From Rhabdothermincola salaria (GTDB lineage: Bacteria > Actinomycetota > Acidimicrobiia > Acidimicrobiales > Acidimicrobilacustridaceae): a DNA stretch of 64,000 nucleotides. The notes beneath the pieces are model-generated. The model saw only the letters and a program-made list of their open reading frames with translations, ran no database searches and was not told the DNA's origin. The DNA lies in contig NZ_JAJQXW010000001.1 of NCBI RefSeq assembly GCF_021246445.1, forward strand, positions 992,001-1,056,000, given 5' to 3'. Shown piece after piece: positions 47,348 to 57,069 of the stretch. The position numbers and the translations under genes were made by a program. Positions within the stretch are counted from its first letter, which is position 1. Every line of letters starts with the position of its first letter.

Positions 47348-47398
47348 CGGCTCTGACGGCACGGTCTGACGGCGCGGTCTGACCGCGCAGTCTGACGC
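47340..47398 (+). repeat. Degenerate tandem repeat with five TCTGAC cores
   Basis: TCTGAC at 47343, 47352, 47365, 47378 and 47391 (spacing 9, 13, 13, 13). Confidence 0.8.
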
Positions 47399-47463
47399 GC
47401 CGGCCGCGCCGCCTCGACCCGGGGACCGTTGACCCGATCTCGAACCCGATGGGCCGGGACGGA

Positions 47464-47949
47464 TCAGGAGCCGAGCTGACCCAGCAGGCTCACCATCTCG
47501 AGGGCGGTGCGCACCGACTCCTCGCCCTTGTTGTCGTCCTCCGCCGAGCGGGCCAGGGCCTGCTCGAGGTTCTCGGTGGTGAGCACCCCGAACACCACGG
47601 GCACCCCCGTCTCGAGCTGCACGTCCTGGATGCCCCGGGCGCACTCCCCCGCCACGAAGTCGTAGTGCGAGGTCTCCCCCCGGATGACCGCGCCGAGGCA
47701 CACCACGGCGTCGACGTGACCGTGCACCACGAGGGCCTTGGCCGCCAGCGGGATCTCGAAGGCGCCGGGCACCCAGACGACGGTGACGTCGGCCTCGGCC
47801 ACGCCGTGCACGGCGAGGGCGTTCTCGGCGCCCTCGAGGAGGCGTTCGGTGATGTGGTCGTTGAACCGGCCGAGCACCAGCCCGATGCGGACCCCGGACC
47901 CGTCGACCTCCCCGGTCACCGCGTTGGCCGAGCGGAAGTTGGTGGACAT
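47464..47949 (-). CDS. ribH: 6,7-dimethyl-8-ribityllumazine synthase
   Basis: RFNDHIT, VPGAFEIP, GAVIRGETSHYD, FGVLT, NKG. Confidence 0.97.
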   Translation of the reverse strand: MSTNFRSANAVTGEVDGSGVRIGLVLGRFNDHITERLLEGAENALAVHGVAEADVTVVWVPGAFEIPLAAKALVVHGHVDAVVCLGAVIRGETSHYDFVAGECARGIQDVQLETGVPVVFGVLTTENLEQALARSAEDDNKGEESVRTALEMVSLLGQLGS

Positions 47950-49187
47950 CAGTCGAGCCCCTCGAGCAGGTGGCCCATCTTCTCGCGCTTGGTGCGCAGG
48001 TAGCCGATGTTCTCCGGGTTGGGGATCGACTCGAGCGGCACCCGCTCGACGATGTCGAGGCCGAAGCCCTCGAGGCCGCCGTACTTGGACGGGTTGTTGG
48101 TCATGTAGCGCATGGTCGTGATGCCCAGGTCCACCAGGATCTGGGCGCCGATCCCGTACTCTCGGCTGTCGACGGGCAGGCCCAGGGCCTCGTTGGCCTC
48201 GACGGTGTCGGCCCCCTCGTCCTGCAGGGAGTAGGCGCGGATCTTGTGGCCGATGCCGATGCCGCGGCCCTCGTGGCCCCGGAGGTACACGACGACGCCG
48301 AGGCCCTCCTCGGCGATGCGGGCCATGGCGTGGTCGAGCTGGATCCCGCAGTCGCAGCGCAGCGAACCGAACACGTCGCCGGTGAGGCACTCGGAGTGCA
48401 CCCGCACCAACACGTTGTCCTCACCCTGCACTGCGCCCTTCACCATGGCGACGTGCTGCTCGCCGTCGAGCAGGGACTCGTAGACGTAGCCGGTGAAGTC
48501 GCCCCACTCGGTGGGGATCCGGGCCTCGGCCACCCGCTTCACCAGCTTCTCGTTCTGGCGGCGGTAGCGGATGAGCTCGGCGATGGAGATCAGCAGCAGG
48601 TCGTGCTCCTGGCAGAACGCGACCAGGTCCGGGACCCGCGCCATGGTGCCGTCGTCGTTGACGATCTCGCACAGCACACCCGACGGGTACAGCCCGGCCA
48701 TGCGGGCCAGGTCGACGGCCGCCTCGGTGTGCCCGGCCCGCTTGAGCACACCGCCGGCCGAGTAGCGCAGGGGGAAGATGTGACCGGGTCGAGCGAGGTC
48801 ACCGGGGCGGGTGGCGGGGTCGATCAGCGCCTTGATGGTCGCCGACCGATCGGCGGCGGAGATGCCCGTGCTGGTGCCGTGGCGGTAGTCGACGCTGTAG
48901 GTGAAGGCCGTGCGCTGCGATTCGGTGTTGTCGCGGACCATGAGCGGGATGTCGAGCTCGTCGAGGCGCTCACCGGTGAGCGGCGTGCAGATGACACCCG
49001 AGGTGTGGCGCACGAAGAAGGCGATCTTCTCGGGGGTGACGGCCTCCGAGGCCATGATCAGGTCGCCCTCGTTCTCGCGGTCCTCGTCGTCGACGACCAC
49101 CACGATCTCCCCCCTGCCGATGGCGGCGACCGCCTCGGGGATGGTGGCGAAGTGCTCGGCGTACTCCGAGCGGGCGGGCGGGTTCAT
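47949..49187 (-). CDS. ribBA: Bifunctional DHBP synthase/GTP cyclohydrolase II
   Basis: DDEDRENEGD, RAGHTEA, RVHSECLTGD.FGSLRCDCG, EGRGIG, YLRTKREKMGH. Confidence 0.97.
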   Translation of the reverse strand: MNPPARSEYAEHFATIPEAVAAIGRGEIVVVVDDEDRENEGDLIMASEAVTPEKIAFFVRHTSGVICTPLTGERLDELDIPLMVRDNTESQRTAFTYSVDYRHGTSTGISAADRSATIKALIDPATRPGDLARPGHIFPLRYSAGGVLKRAGHTEAAVDLARMAGLYPSGVLCEIVNDDGTMARVPDLVAFCQEHDLLLISIAELIRYRRQNEKLVKRVAEARIPTEWGDFTGYVYESLLDGEQHVAMVKGAVQGEDNVLVRVHSECLTGDVFGSLRCDCGIQLDHAMARIAEEGLGVVVYLRGHEGRGIGIGHKIRAYSLQDEGADTVEANEALGLPVDSREYGIGAQILVDLGITTMRYMTNNPSKYGGLEGFGLDIVERVPLESIPNPENIGYLRTKREKMGHLLEGLD

Positions 49188-49822
49188 CGGGCCTCCTCGG
49201 CCGGTTCGTGTGCAGCGGGGCCCTCGATCGGCGGGGTGGCACCGAGGGCGGCGAGCTGGCCCACGAGGAGCCGCTCGGTGTACTTGGCCATGACGTCGAC
49301 CTCGAGGTTCACCGGGTCTCCGGGGCCCTTGGCCCCGAGGGTGGTGACCGCCGCGGTGTGAGGGATCACGGCGACGGTGAAGCCGTCGTCGAGCACGTCG
49401 ACCACGGTGAGCGAGATGCCGTCGACCGTGACGGAGCCCTTCTCCACGACGTAGCGCAGCAGGTCCTTCGGGACGCGGATCCGCAGGTCGGGGACGCCTC
49501 GCACGACCTCGCCGACGGCGTCGACGTGGCCCTGCACGAGGTGGCCCCCGAGGCGGTCCTGCATGCGAACGGGCCGTTCGAGGTTGACCGGGTCGCCGGG
49601 GCCCAGGGCCCCGAGGTTGGTGCGGGCGAAGGTCTCGTCGCTGACGTCGGCCTCCCACCAGCCCTCGCCGGCATCGAACGCCACCACGGTGAGGCAGCAC
49701 CCGTTCACCGCGGTCGAGGCACCGAGGGTGGCGTCGTCGAGCACGCGCGTGGCGGCGATGCGCAGCCGGGCGCCGTCGCGACGGACGACGGAGCCGAGCT
49801 CTTCGACGATGCCGGTGAACAT
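49184..49822 (-). CDS. ribE: Riboflavin synthase
   Basis: MFTGIVEELG, NGCCLTV, VNLER, GGHLVQGHVD, VNLEVD. Confidence 0.97.
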   Translation of the reverse strand: MFTGIVEELGSVVRRDGARLRIAATRVLDDATLGASTAVNGCCLTVVAFDAGEGWWEADVSDETFARTNLGALGPGDPVNLERPVRMQDRLGGHLVQGHVDAVGEVVRGVPDLRIRVPKDLLRYVVEKGSVTVDGISLTVVDVLDDGFTVAVIPHTAAVTTLGAKGPGDPVNLEVDVMAKYTERLLVGQLAALGATPPIEGPAAHEPAEEAR

Positions 49823-49826
49823 GGGG

Positions 49827-50846
49827 TCAGGATCCCTTCAGATCGAGGCGCAGATCGTCGCCCACTTGGCGCACCGCCACAAAACGGCCTCGCCACGCGC
49901 CGCCCAGCGTCGCCGCCCCGGCGCCGTGGAACAAGCCGAGGCCGTCGTCGCCGCCGAGGAGCGAGGGGGCGAGGTACACGACGTAGCGGTCGACCAGGCC
50001 GGCCGCGTGGAAGGCGTGGGCGACGGTGGCGCCGCCCTCGACCAGGAGCTGGAGCACGCCACGGTCCCCGAGCTCGTCGAGGACGTCGCCCAGATCGCCA
50101 CCGAGCTCGAGGCACGGTTGGAGGGCGGCATCGGCCGGGGCGCGGCCGAGCACGACCCGGAGCGGCTCGGTGTCGTCGAGGCCCCGTTCGTGGGCGGGGA
50201 GGCGCACGTTGAGGGCGGGGTCGTCGGTCCGCACGGTCCCGGCGCCCACCAACACCGCATCGCTGTCGGCCCGGAGCCGGTGGGCGTCGAGTCGGGCCTC
50301 GGAGCCGGTGATCCACTGGGAGGTGCCGTCGGGCGCCGCGGTGCGTCCGTCGAGGGTGCCGGCCAGCTTGAGCACGACGTGGGGGCGGCCGGTGCGCCGG
50401 TGGTGCAGGTACGGCGCCAGCTGCTCGGCGGCCTCGGCGGCCCCGACGCCCACGACCACCTCGATGCCGGCGGCCCGCAGGCGGTCGAACCCCTCGCCGG
50501 CGACCCGGGGGTCGGGGTCCTCGAGCGCCACCACGACCCGTGCCACACCGGAGGCCACGACGGCATCGGCGCACGGTGGGGTGGCTCCGTGGTGGGCGCA
50601 GGGTTCCAGTGTGACGTAGAGCGTCGCACCGGCCGCCTCGTCGCCGGCGGCCTCGAGGGCCACCACCTCGGCGTGGGGTCCGGTGCGCCCCGCGGTGGCG
50701 CCCACGTGACCGCGATGGTGGGGATCACCCGCCGGGACGAGCACCGCGCCGACCCACGGCCGGGGTGCCACCCGTCGCCGGGACGCGGCCGCCACGGCCC
50801 GCGCCTGGGCCATGCGGGCCTCGTCGTCGGGAGGGGTTGGGGTCAC
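49827..50846 (-). CDS. ribD: Bifunctional riboflavin deaminase/reductase
   Basis: HAEV, TLEPCAHHGATPPC, TLDG, SQWIT, VEGG. Confidence 0.95.
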   Translation of the reverse strand: MTPTPPDDEARMAQARAVAAASRRRVAPRPWVGAVLVPAGDPHHRGHVGATAGRTGPHAEVVALEAAGDEAAGATLYVTLEPCAHHGATPPCADAVVASGVARVVVALEDPDPRVAGEGFDRLRAAGIEVVVGVGAAEAAEQLAPYLHHRRTGRPHVVLKLAGTLDGRTAAPDGTSQWITGSEARLDAHRLRADSDAVLVGAGTVRTDDPALNVRLPAHERGLDDTEPLRVVLGRAPADAALQPCLELGGDLGDVLDELGDRGVLQLLVEGGATVAHAFHAAGLVDRYVVYLAPSLLGGDDGLGLFHGAGAATLGGAWRGRFVAVRQVGDDLRLDLKGS

Positions 50847-50970
50847 GGCGTCTCCGTGGAGGGGCAGGGCAGACGGGCCGGGCCGACGTCCGGGACGGAA
50901 CCCGGTGGTCGTGATGGGCCACGATCGTATCGCCCGCGACCACCCAGTCGGCGCTCGGGATGCGCTCGGG

Positions 50971-51462
50971 TCACTCGCCGGCCAGCAGGCGCAGGGCGTG
51001 GGGGACGACGTCGAGGACCGCCTCGAGGCACTCCACCGCCCCCGACGTGGAACCGGGGGTGTTCAGCACGAGGCAGCGGCCCCGGGTGCCGGCCACACCC
51101 CGCGACAGCCGCCCCAGGGGGTTCACGAGGCGCATGGCCTCGGCCAGTCCGGGCGCCTCGCGGTCGAGCACCACCTTGGTGCCCTCCGGGGTGAGGTCGC
51201 GGGGGCCGAACCCGGTCCCCCCGGTCGTGACGACCAGGCCCGCGAACCCCTCGGCCAGCTCGACGAGGGCCTCCCCCACCTCCTGGCGCCCGTCGCTGAC
51301 CACCCGGTGCTCGACGACGGCGAACCCGGCGTCGGTGAGGCGGTCGACGAGGGCCCGCCCCGAACGGTCGTCGCGGACGCCCGCCATCACACCGTCGGAC
51401 ACGGTGAGGACCTTGGCCGCCAGGCCGGTCGCTGGGGTGGTGGACGCCGCGTGCTCGGTCAT
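50971..51462 (-). CDS. MogA/MoaB family molybdopterin biosynthesis protein
   Basis: LTVSD, DRSG, TTGGTGFGPRDLTPE, LSRG, NTPGS. Confidence 0.92.
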   Translation of the reverse strand: MTEHAASTTPATGLAAKVLTVSDGVMAGVRDDRSGRALVDRLTDAGFAVVEHRVVSDGRQEVGEALVELAEGFAGLVVTTGGTGFGPRDLTPEGTKVVLDREAPGLAEAMRLVNPLGRLSRGVAGTRGRCLVLNTPGSTSGAVECLEAVLDVVPHALRLLAGE

Positions 51463-51526
51463 GACCGCAGTCTGGCGGACACGCGGGGACCGCGGCGCCA
51501 CGAGCCCGCCCGTGCCGCGGCGTCGG

Positions 51527-52753
51527 TCACCCCGGGCGCCGCACCCGCAGCAGGTACATCCCGTCGGTGTCGGCCCGATGGGGCAACAGCCGCGCCCCCC
51601 GGCCGAGCGGGACCCACGGGTCGCCCGGCGGCGCCAGCACCTCGAGGCCGGGGTGGTGTTCGGCGAGGTGGTCGTCGATCCCCTCGGACTCGGCGTTCGT
51701 GAGGGTGCAGACGCTGTAGACGAGCTCCCCACCCGGGCGCACCAGCTGCAGGCTGGCGTCGACCAGGCGCCGCTGGAGGGCGGCGAGGACCTCGACGTCG
51801 GACCGCCCGATCCGCCACCGGGCATCGGGCCGCCGGCGCAGCGCGCCCAGTCCCGAGCAGGGGGCGTCCAGCAAGACCTTGTCGAAGCTCGCCGGGCGCA
51901 GGGCCGGGGCGGTGCCGTCGGCGACGAGGCACGACAGCGTCGAGGCCGCAGGGCCGAGGCGGGCCGCGTTGGCCGCCACCAGGCCGATGCGGGAGGGGCG
52001 GGCGTCGGCCGCCACGACGTGGGCTCCCGTGGCGGCCAGGGCGGTGGCCTTGCCACCAGGAGCGGCGCACACGTCGAGGACCCGCTCGCCGGGGACGGCG
52101 GCGACGGCGTCGGCGACCCACTGCGACGCCAGGTCCTGCACGTAGCCATCGGCGCGAGCGGTCACTGGGGCGGCCCGGTTCATGGCCTCCAAGGAGAGGC
52201 GGGCCTGCTCGGGCCCCAGGTCGGCCGTGAGCACGTCGACGATCCACTCCGGCTGGCTCCACCGGGTGGCGTCGTCCGGCCAGGTCACCGGAAGACCGGT
52301 GGACACTTTGCGCAGCACCGCGTTGAGCAGGCCCTTGAGCTTGCGGGGAGCGGCCTCGACCGTGGCCCCCACTGCCGCGTGCGGCGGCGTGTCGAGGAAG
52401 GCCAGCTGGAAGGCGCCGAGGCGTAGCCAGGCCCGAGCGGTGGGATCGATGCGCTCCGGATCGGGGAGGAAGCGGTCGACCAGCCAATCGCACGCCCGCC
52501 GCATCCGCGTGGCCCCGTAGACCAGCTCGGTGACGAACGCCCGGTCGCGCCGCTCGAGGGCGCTGCGCTCGAGCATGGGCGGCACGACGAGGTTGGCGTA
52601 GGCGCCCCCGTCGGCGATCCGTTCGAGCGCCTCGGCCGCCAGTCGGCGGGCATCGACCCCCGGCGCCGTGGCTCGTGGCGCCGACGGTGCCGACGTCCGA
52701 CGCGGACGCCCGGCGCCCGATCGCCCCGAGCGGGCGGGACCGCGGCCTGTCAC
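51527..52753 (-). CDS. rsmB: 16S rRNA m5C methyltransferase RsmB/Fmu (NusB-like N-terminus)
   Basis: DRAFVTELVYG, NAVLRK, QDLAS, DVCAAPGGK, DAPCSGLG.LRRRPD, YSVCT. Confidence 0.92.
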   Translation of the reverse strand: MTGRGPARSGRSGAGRPRRTSAPSAPRATAPGVDARRLAAEALERIADGGAYANLVVPPMLERSALERRDRAFVTELVYGATRMRRACDWLVDRFLPDPERIDPTARAWLRLGAFQLAFLDTPPHAAVGATVEAAPRKLKGLLNAVLRKVSTGLPVTWPDDATRWSQPEWIVDVLTADLGPEQARLSLEAMNRAAPVTARADGYVQDLASQWVADAVAAVPGERVLDVCAAPGGKATALAATGAHVVAADARPSRIGLVAANAARLGPAASTLSCLVADGTAPALRPASFDKVLLDAPCSGLGALRRRPDARWRIGRSDVEVLAALQRRLVDASLQLVRPGGELVYSVCTLTNAESEGIDDHLAEHHPGLEVLAPPGDPWVPLGRGARLLPHRADTDGMYLLRVRRPG

Positions 52754-53721
52754 GAGCCCAACCGGTCGCCGGCGACCAGATGGGCCCCGTTGCGCCAGGC
52801 CCGGGCGTCCTGGCGGGCCTTGCCCTCGGGCTGCAGCGTGGTGAGCACGAGGGGGTGATCGCCTGTGGCGACCACGACGCCCTCGACGGCGGGCACCGTG
52901 AGCACGGTTCCCGGCACCACCGAGTCCGGGGACCCGTCACCGGCGAACTCGTCGCCATCGGCCCGAGAGACGTCGTCGCCGACGTGGGCCGCCCAGACCT
53001 TGAGGCGCTTGCCGCGCCAGGTGGTGTGGGCCCCACCGAGGCGCACCAGCGCAGCGATCTCCCGCGCCGACCGGCTCCAGTCGATGCCGTACTCCGCCGG
53101 GTCGAGCTTCGCCGCGTAGGTCGGCTCCCCCGCCTGCGGGACGGCCGGCCCGAGACCCTCGCGCAGCCGGCCCACCAGCAGCTCGGTGCCGAGGTCGACC
53201 AGGCGCCCCCGGAGGGACTCGAGGGTGTCGTCGGGGGTGATCTCGGTCTCGACCGAGGCGTACACGCCGCCGGTGTCGAGGCCCTCGGCGACCTCCATGA
53301 GGCACACGCCCGTGCGTCGGTCCCCGGCCAGCAGGGCCCGCTCGACCGGTGCGGCCCCCCGCCAGCGCGGCAGGAGCGAGAAGTGGATGTTGACCATCGC
53401 CAGCACCTCGAGCACGGGGCGGGGGATGATCCGCCCGTAGGCCACCACCACGCCGAGGTCGGCGCCGACCTCGGCGACCCGCGCCAAGTCGTGCTCGACG
53501 GCCAGTCCGAGGTCGAGGGCGGCGGCCTTCACCGGGCTGGGGCTGGTGGCGCTCCCTCGCCCCCGGCGCCGATCGGGGCGGGTGACGACCAGGGCGATCT
53601 CGAAGCCGGCGGCGTGCAACGCGCGCAGAGGGGGCACCGCCACTTCGGGAGTACCGAGGTAGACGAGACGACGTGGTCGATCGGGCGGCGCGGCGAGGGG
53701 CGCCTCGGAGGTGTCGGGCAC
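52750..53721 (-). CDS. fmt: Methionyl-tRNA formyltransferase
   Basis: YLGTPE, TRPDRRRGRG, VVAYG, NIHFSLLPRWRGAAP, GLDTG. Confidence 0.95.
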   Translation of the reverse strand: MPDTSEAPLAAPPDRPRRLVYLGTPEVAVPPLRALHAAGFEIALVVTRPDRRRGRGSATSPSPVKAAALDLGLAVEHDLARVAEVGADLGVVVAYGRIIPRPVLEVLAMVNIHFSLLPRWRGAAPVERALLAGDRRTGVCLMEVAEGLDTGGVYASVETEITPDDTLESLRGRLVDLGTELLVGRLREGLGPAVPQAGEPTYAAKLDPAEYGIDWSRSAREIAALVRLGGAHTTWRGKRLKVWAAHVGDDVSRADGDEFAGDGSPDSVVPGTVLTVPAVEGVVVATGDHPLVLTTLQPEGKARQDARAWRNGAHLVAGDRLGS

Positions 53722-53726
53722 GCCGG

Positions 53727-54269
53727 TCAGCGCAGGCGCAGCCCGCCGGCGGCCACGTCCGGCTCCGGCAGCGACGTGATGCCCCGCTCGCGCAGCTCGC
53801 GCAGGGCCTTCTTGGCCTCGGCCCGCTGCTCGGGCGTGAGGTGCTCGACCAGCAGCACCCCGTCGAGGTGGTCGAGCTCGTGCTGGAAGACCCGGGCGCC
53901 GAAGTCGTCGAGCTCGATCGCCAGCTCGCGCCCGTCGAGGTCGTAGCCCCGCACCAGGATCTCGGCCGGGCGCACGATGTCCCAGCGCAACCCGGGCACC
54001 GACAGGCAGCCCTCGGTGATCGCAGCCTCGCCACGTGACTCGACGATCTCGGGGTTCACGACGACGCCGGGGTTGTCGTCCCAGTCGTAGATGAAGAAGC
54101 GCTGCTGCACGCCGACCTGGGGGGCGGCCAGACCCGCCCCGACCGCGTCGTACATCGTGTCGAACATGTCGTCGACGAGCTTCACCAGCCGGCCGTCGAC
54201 CCGGGTGACCTCGGACGCGCGCTGCTTGAGGACGGGATCGCCGATGATGCGGATGTCGTGCGGGGCCAC
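53727..54269 (-). CDS. def: Peptide deformylase
   Basis: GAGLAAPQVG, EGCLS, QHELDHLDG. Confidence 0.97.
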   Translation of the reverse strand: MAPHDIRIIGDPVLKQRASEVTRVDGRLVKLVDDMFDTMYDAVGAGLAAPQVGVQQRFFIYDWDDNPGVVVNPEIVESRGEAAITEGCLSVPGLRWDIVRPAEILVRGYDLDGRELAIELDDFGARVFQHELDHLDGVLLVEHLTPEQRAEAKKALRELRERGITSLPEPDVAAGGLRLR

Positions 54270-54345
54270 GCCCCCAGGCTATCGGTGCCCGCCTCGGCCG
54301 ACGCCCCGGGACTCGCCCGGACGAGGGGGCGGGTACCTTCGAGGC

Positions 54346-54987
54346 GTGAACGAGCGGGCCCCCCACTACTTCGATGCCCAGCCCGCCACGCCGTCGCGGC
54401 GTCGCACCGTCGAGCTCCACCTGCCCGACATGTCGCTCTCGCTGACCACCGACGCCGGGGTGTTCTCCGGCGACCGCGTCGATCCCGGGACCCGCCTGCT
54501 GCTGCAGCAGGCCCCGCCCCCACCGGCCGAGGGGCATCTGCTCGACCTGGGCTGCGGCTACGGGCCGATGGCGGTGACGCTGGCGCGGCGCTCACCCCGG
54601 GCCGAGGTCTGGGCCGTCGACGTCAACGAGCGGGCCGTGGCGTTGTGCCGTGAGAACGCGGCGGCCAACGATGTCCGGGTGCGGGCGGTCACCGTCGACG
54701 CCGAGGGATCGCCTCCTGAGGCCGGCCCCACCTTCCCGGCGTTCGATCTCATCTGGTCCAATCCACCGATCCGCATCGGGAAGGTCGCCCTCCACGCCCT
54801 GTTGAGGACCTGGCTGACCCGTCTCGCCCCCGACGGGCGGGCCGTGCTCGTCGTGCAACGCCACCTCGGCGCCGACTCGCTGGCCGCCTGGCTGACCGCG
54901 CAGGGGTGGCCCACCGAACGCCTCGCGTCCCGCGCCGGCTACCGGCTCTTGTCGGTCACCCCTGGCCCTCCGGCGGTGGCCCCGTGA
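54346..54987 (+). CDS. Class I SAM-dependent methyltransferase (MTS/RsmC-like)
   Basis: HYF, GVFS..RVDPGT, LDLGCGYG, SNPPIRIGK. Confidence 0.9.
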   Translation: MNERAPHYFDAQPATPSRRRTVELHLPDMSLSLTTDAGVFSGDRVDPGTRLLLQQAPPPPAEGHLLDLGCGYGPMAVTLARRSPRAEVWAVDVNERAVALCRENAAANDVRVRAVTVDAEGSPPEAGPTFPAFDLIWSNPPIRIGKVALHALLRTWLTRLAPDGRAVLVVQRHLGADSLAAWLTAQGWPTERLASRAGYRLLSVTPGPPAVAP

Positions 54988-55541
54988 CCCGCACGTACAC
55001 CAGCACCGAGCTGAAGCGCCTGCACCGGACCTGGCGACGACGCACCGAGGGCAGGGTGTCGCTGATCCTCGACGGCGTCCAGAACCCCTTCAACGTGGGG
55101 TCGGTGCTGCGCAGCGCCGCCGCGCTCGGGGTCGACCACATCTGGTTGGCCGGCCACGTCCCCACCCCCAGCGACACCAAGGTGGCCAAGACCGCCCTCG
55201 GCTCCCAGCGCTTCGTGCCCTGGAGCGCCACCGACGACCCGCTCGATGCGATCGCCGAGGCGCGACGCGGCGGGTACCGGGTGCTCGGCGTGGAGCTGGC
55301 GGTCGGGTCGGTACCGCTGCCCGAGGCGGCGCCGGCCCGCGACGTCTGCCTGGTGGTGGGCCACGAGGACCGGGGCCTGTCCAAGGACGCTCTGGTCGCA
55401 TGCGACCAACTGGTGTTCATCCCCCAGGTCGGGCGCATCGGGTCGCTCAACGTGGCCACGGCCACCGCGGTGGCCATCTACGAGGTCCGCCGCTGGGAGT
55501 GGGCCCCGACCGTCACCGCGGACGAGCCGCCGCCGGCGTAG
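54984..55541 (+). CDS. TrmH/SpoU family RNA methyltransferase
   Basis: QNPFNVGSVLR, GHEDRGL, GSLNVATA. GTG overlaps the upstream stop codon. Confidence 0.9.
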   Translation: MTRTYTSTELKRLHRTWRRRTEGRVSLILDGVQNPFNVGSVLRSAAALGVDHIWLAGHVPTPSDTKVAKTALGSQRFVPWSATDDPLDAIAEARRGGYRVLGVELAVGSVPLPEAAPARDVCLVVGHEDRGLSKDALVACDQLVFIPQVGRIGSLNVATATAVAIYEVRRWEWAPTVTADEPPPA

Positions 55542-55553
55542 GGCCGGCCCGCC

Positions 55554-57053
55554 GTGATCTCCATCGAACCCACCCTCCTGATCGCGGCGGCGCTCGTCCT
55601 GGTGGCCGCCCTCGGCTCGAAGCTGGCCGGGCGAGTGGGGTTCCCGGCGCTGTTGCTGTTCCTCGGCCTGGGCATGTTGGCCGGCTCCGACGGCCCCGGC
55701 GGGATCGCTTTCGACAACGCCGAGGTGGCCCAGGGCGTCGGGGTGGTGGCCCTGGCCCTCATCTTGTTCGATGGCGGCCTCTCCACTCGCTGGGGCCTCG
55801 TCCGACCGGTCCTCGGCCAGGGGCTCACCCTGGCGACCGTGGGCGTGACCGTGAGCGCCACCATCACCGGGGTCGCCGCCGCCTGGGTGCTCGACGTGCC
55901 CCTCGAGCTCGGCCTGCTGCTGGGCGCCATCGTGTCGTCGACCGACGCCGCCGCGGTCTTCGCCGTGCTGCGTGGCCGTCGCACCGGTCTGGCCGGGCGG
56001 ATCCAGCCCACCCTCGAGCTCGAGTCGGGGTCCAACGATCCGATGGCGGTCCTGCTCACCATCACCTTAGTGGAGGTGGTCACCGGCGACGCTCCCGGCC
56101 CCCTCGGCCTCGTCGCCGGGATGGCGTTCCAACTCGGGGTGGGGGCGGTCGCCGGGCTCGCCGCCGGTTGGGCCACCCGGACCGTGCTCAACCGCCTCCG
56201 ACCGGGGGCCGACGGGCTGTACCCCGTGCTCACCCTGGCCATCGCCGTGCTCACCTATGCCGGCACCGTGGTGTTGGGGGGCAGCGGCTTCATCGCGGTC
56301 TACCTGGCCGGCCTGTGGATCGGGAACCACGACGTCATCCACCAGGCCACCATCCGGCGATTCCACGAAGCCGTGGCCTGGCTGTGCCAGATCGGGATGT
56401 TCCTGCTGCTCGGCCTGCTGGTCTTCCCCTCCGAGCTGCTCGACGTGGCCTGGTCGGCCCTGGCCGTCGCCGCCGTGCTCGTGTTCGTGGCCCGGCCGGT
56501 GGCCACCCTCGTGTCGCTGCTGCCCTTCCGGGTCCCGGTCCGACACCAGGGGGTGGTCGCCTGGGTCGGTCTGCGGGGTGCCACCCCCATCGTGCTGGCG
56601 ACCTTCCCCCTGCTCGAAGGGGTCGAGCAGGCGGACCTCATCTTCAACGTGGTGTTCTTCGTCGTGGTCGTGTCGGTCCTGGTGCAGGGGACCACCATCA
56701 CCCCGGTGGCTCGGCTGTTCGGCTCGTTGCGCCCGGCTCCACCCGAACCCGACACGCTCCTCGAAGCGGGGCGTCCGCTACCGGACGGCACCACCCTGCG
56801 CAACGTGGTCGTCCCGGTGGGCTCGGCGGTCGACGGCTGCGCCCTCGTGGAAGCCGGCCTGCCCCGTGAGGCCCTGGTGGTGGTGATCCAGCGGGGCCAT
56901 CAACAGCTCGTGCCGACGGGTTCGACCCGCCTGCAGGCCGGGGACCGCCTCCTCGTCCTGACCGACGACGACGCCCTGACTGCGCTACGCGACCGGCTGC
57001 GTCCCGACGCCGTGCTCCCCGAGGGGGAGGGGCCGCCCCTCGGCGAAGGCTGA
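55554..57053 (+). CDS. cvrA: Potassium/proton antiporter (CvrA/NhaP2) with TrkA-C domain
   Basis: LGMLAGSDGPGGI.F, STDAAAVF, LELESGSNDPMA, WVGLRGA.PI, C-terminal PTGSTRLQAGD. Confidence 0.88.
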   Translation: MISIEPTLLIAAALVLVAALGSKLAGRVGFPALLLFLGLGMLAGSDGPGGIAFDNAEVAQGVGVVALALILFDGGLSTRWGLVRPVLGQGLTLATVGVTVSATITGVAAAWVLDVPLELGLLLGAIVSSTDAAAVFAVLRGRRTGLAGRIQPTLELESGSNDPMAVLLTITLVEVVTGDAPGPLGLVAGMAFQLGVGAVAGLAAGWATRTVLNRLRPGADGLYPVLTLAIAVLTYAGTVVLGGSGFIAVYLAGLWIGNHDVIHQATIRRFHEAVAWLCQIGMFLLLGLLVFPSELLDVAWSALAVAAVLVFVARPVATLVSLLPFRVPVRHQGVVAWVGLRGATPIVLATFPLLEGVEQADLIFNVVFFVVVVSVLVQGTTITPVARLFGSLRPAPPEPDTLLEAGRPLPDGTTLRNVVVPVGSAVDGCALVEAGLPREALVVVIQRGHQQLVPTGSTRLQAGDRLLVLTDDDALTALRDRLRPDAVLPEGEGPPLGEG

Positions 57054-57069
57054 CGAGGGCCCGCTCCCC

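Noticed and set aside
47340..47398. Repeat cluster as a mini-CRISPR
   Set aside because: The 13-bp period leaves no spacers, and there are no cas genes in the window.
50847..50970. FMN riboswitch upstream of ribD
   Set aside because: The gap is short and lacks the conserved RFN element sequences.
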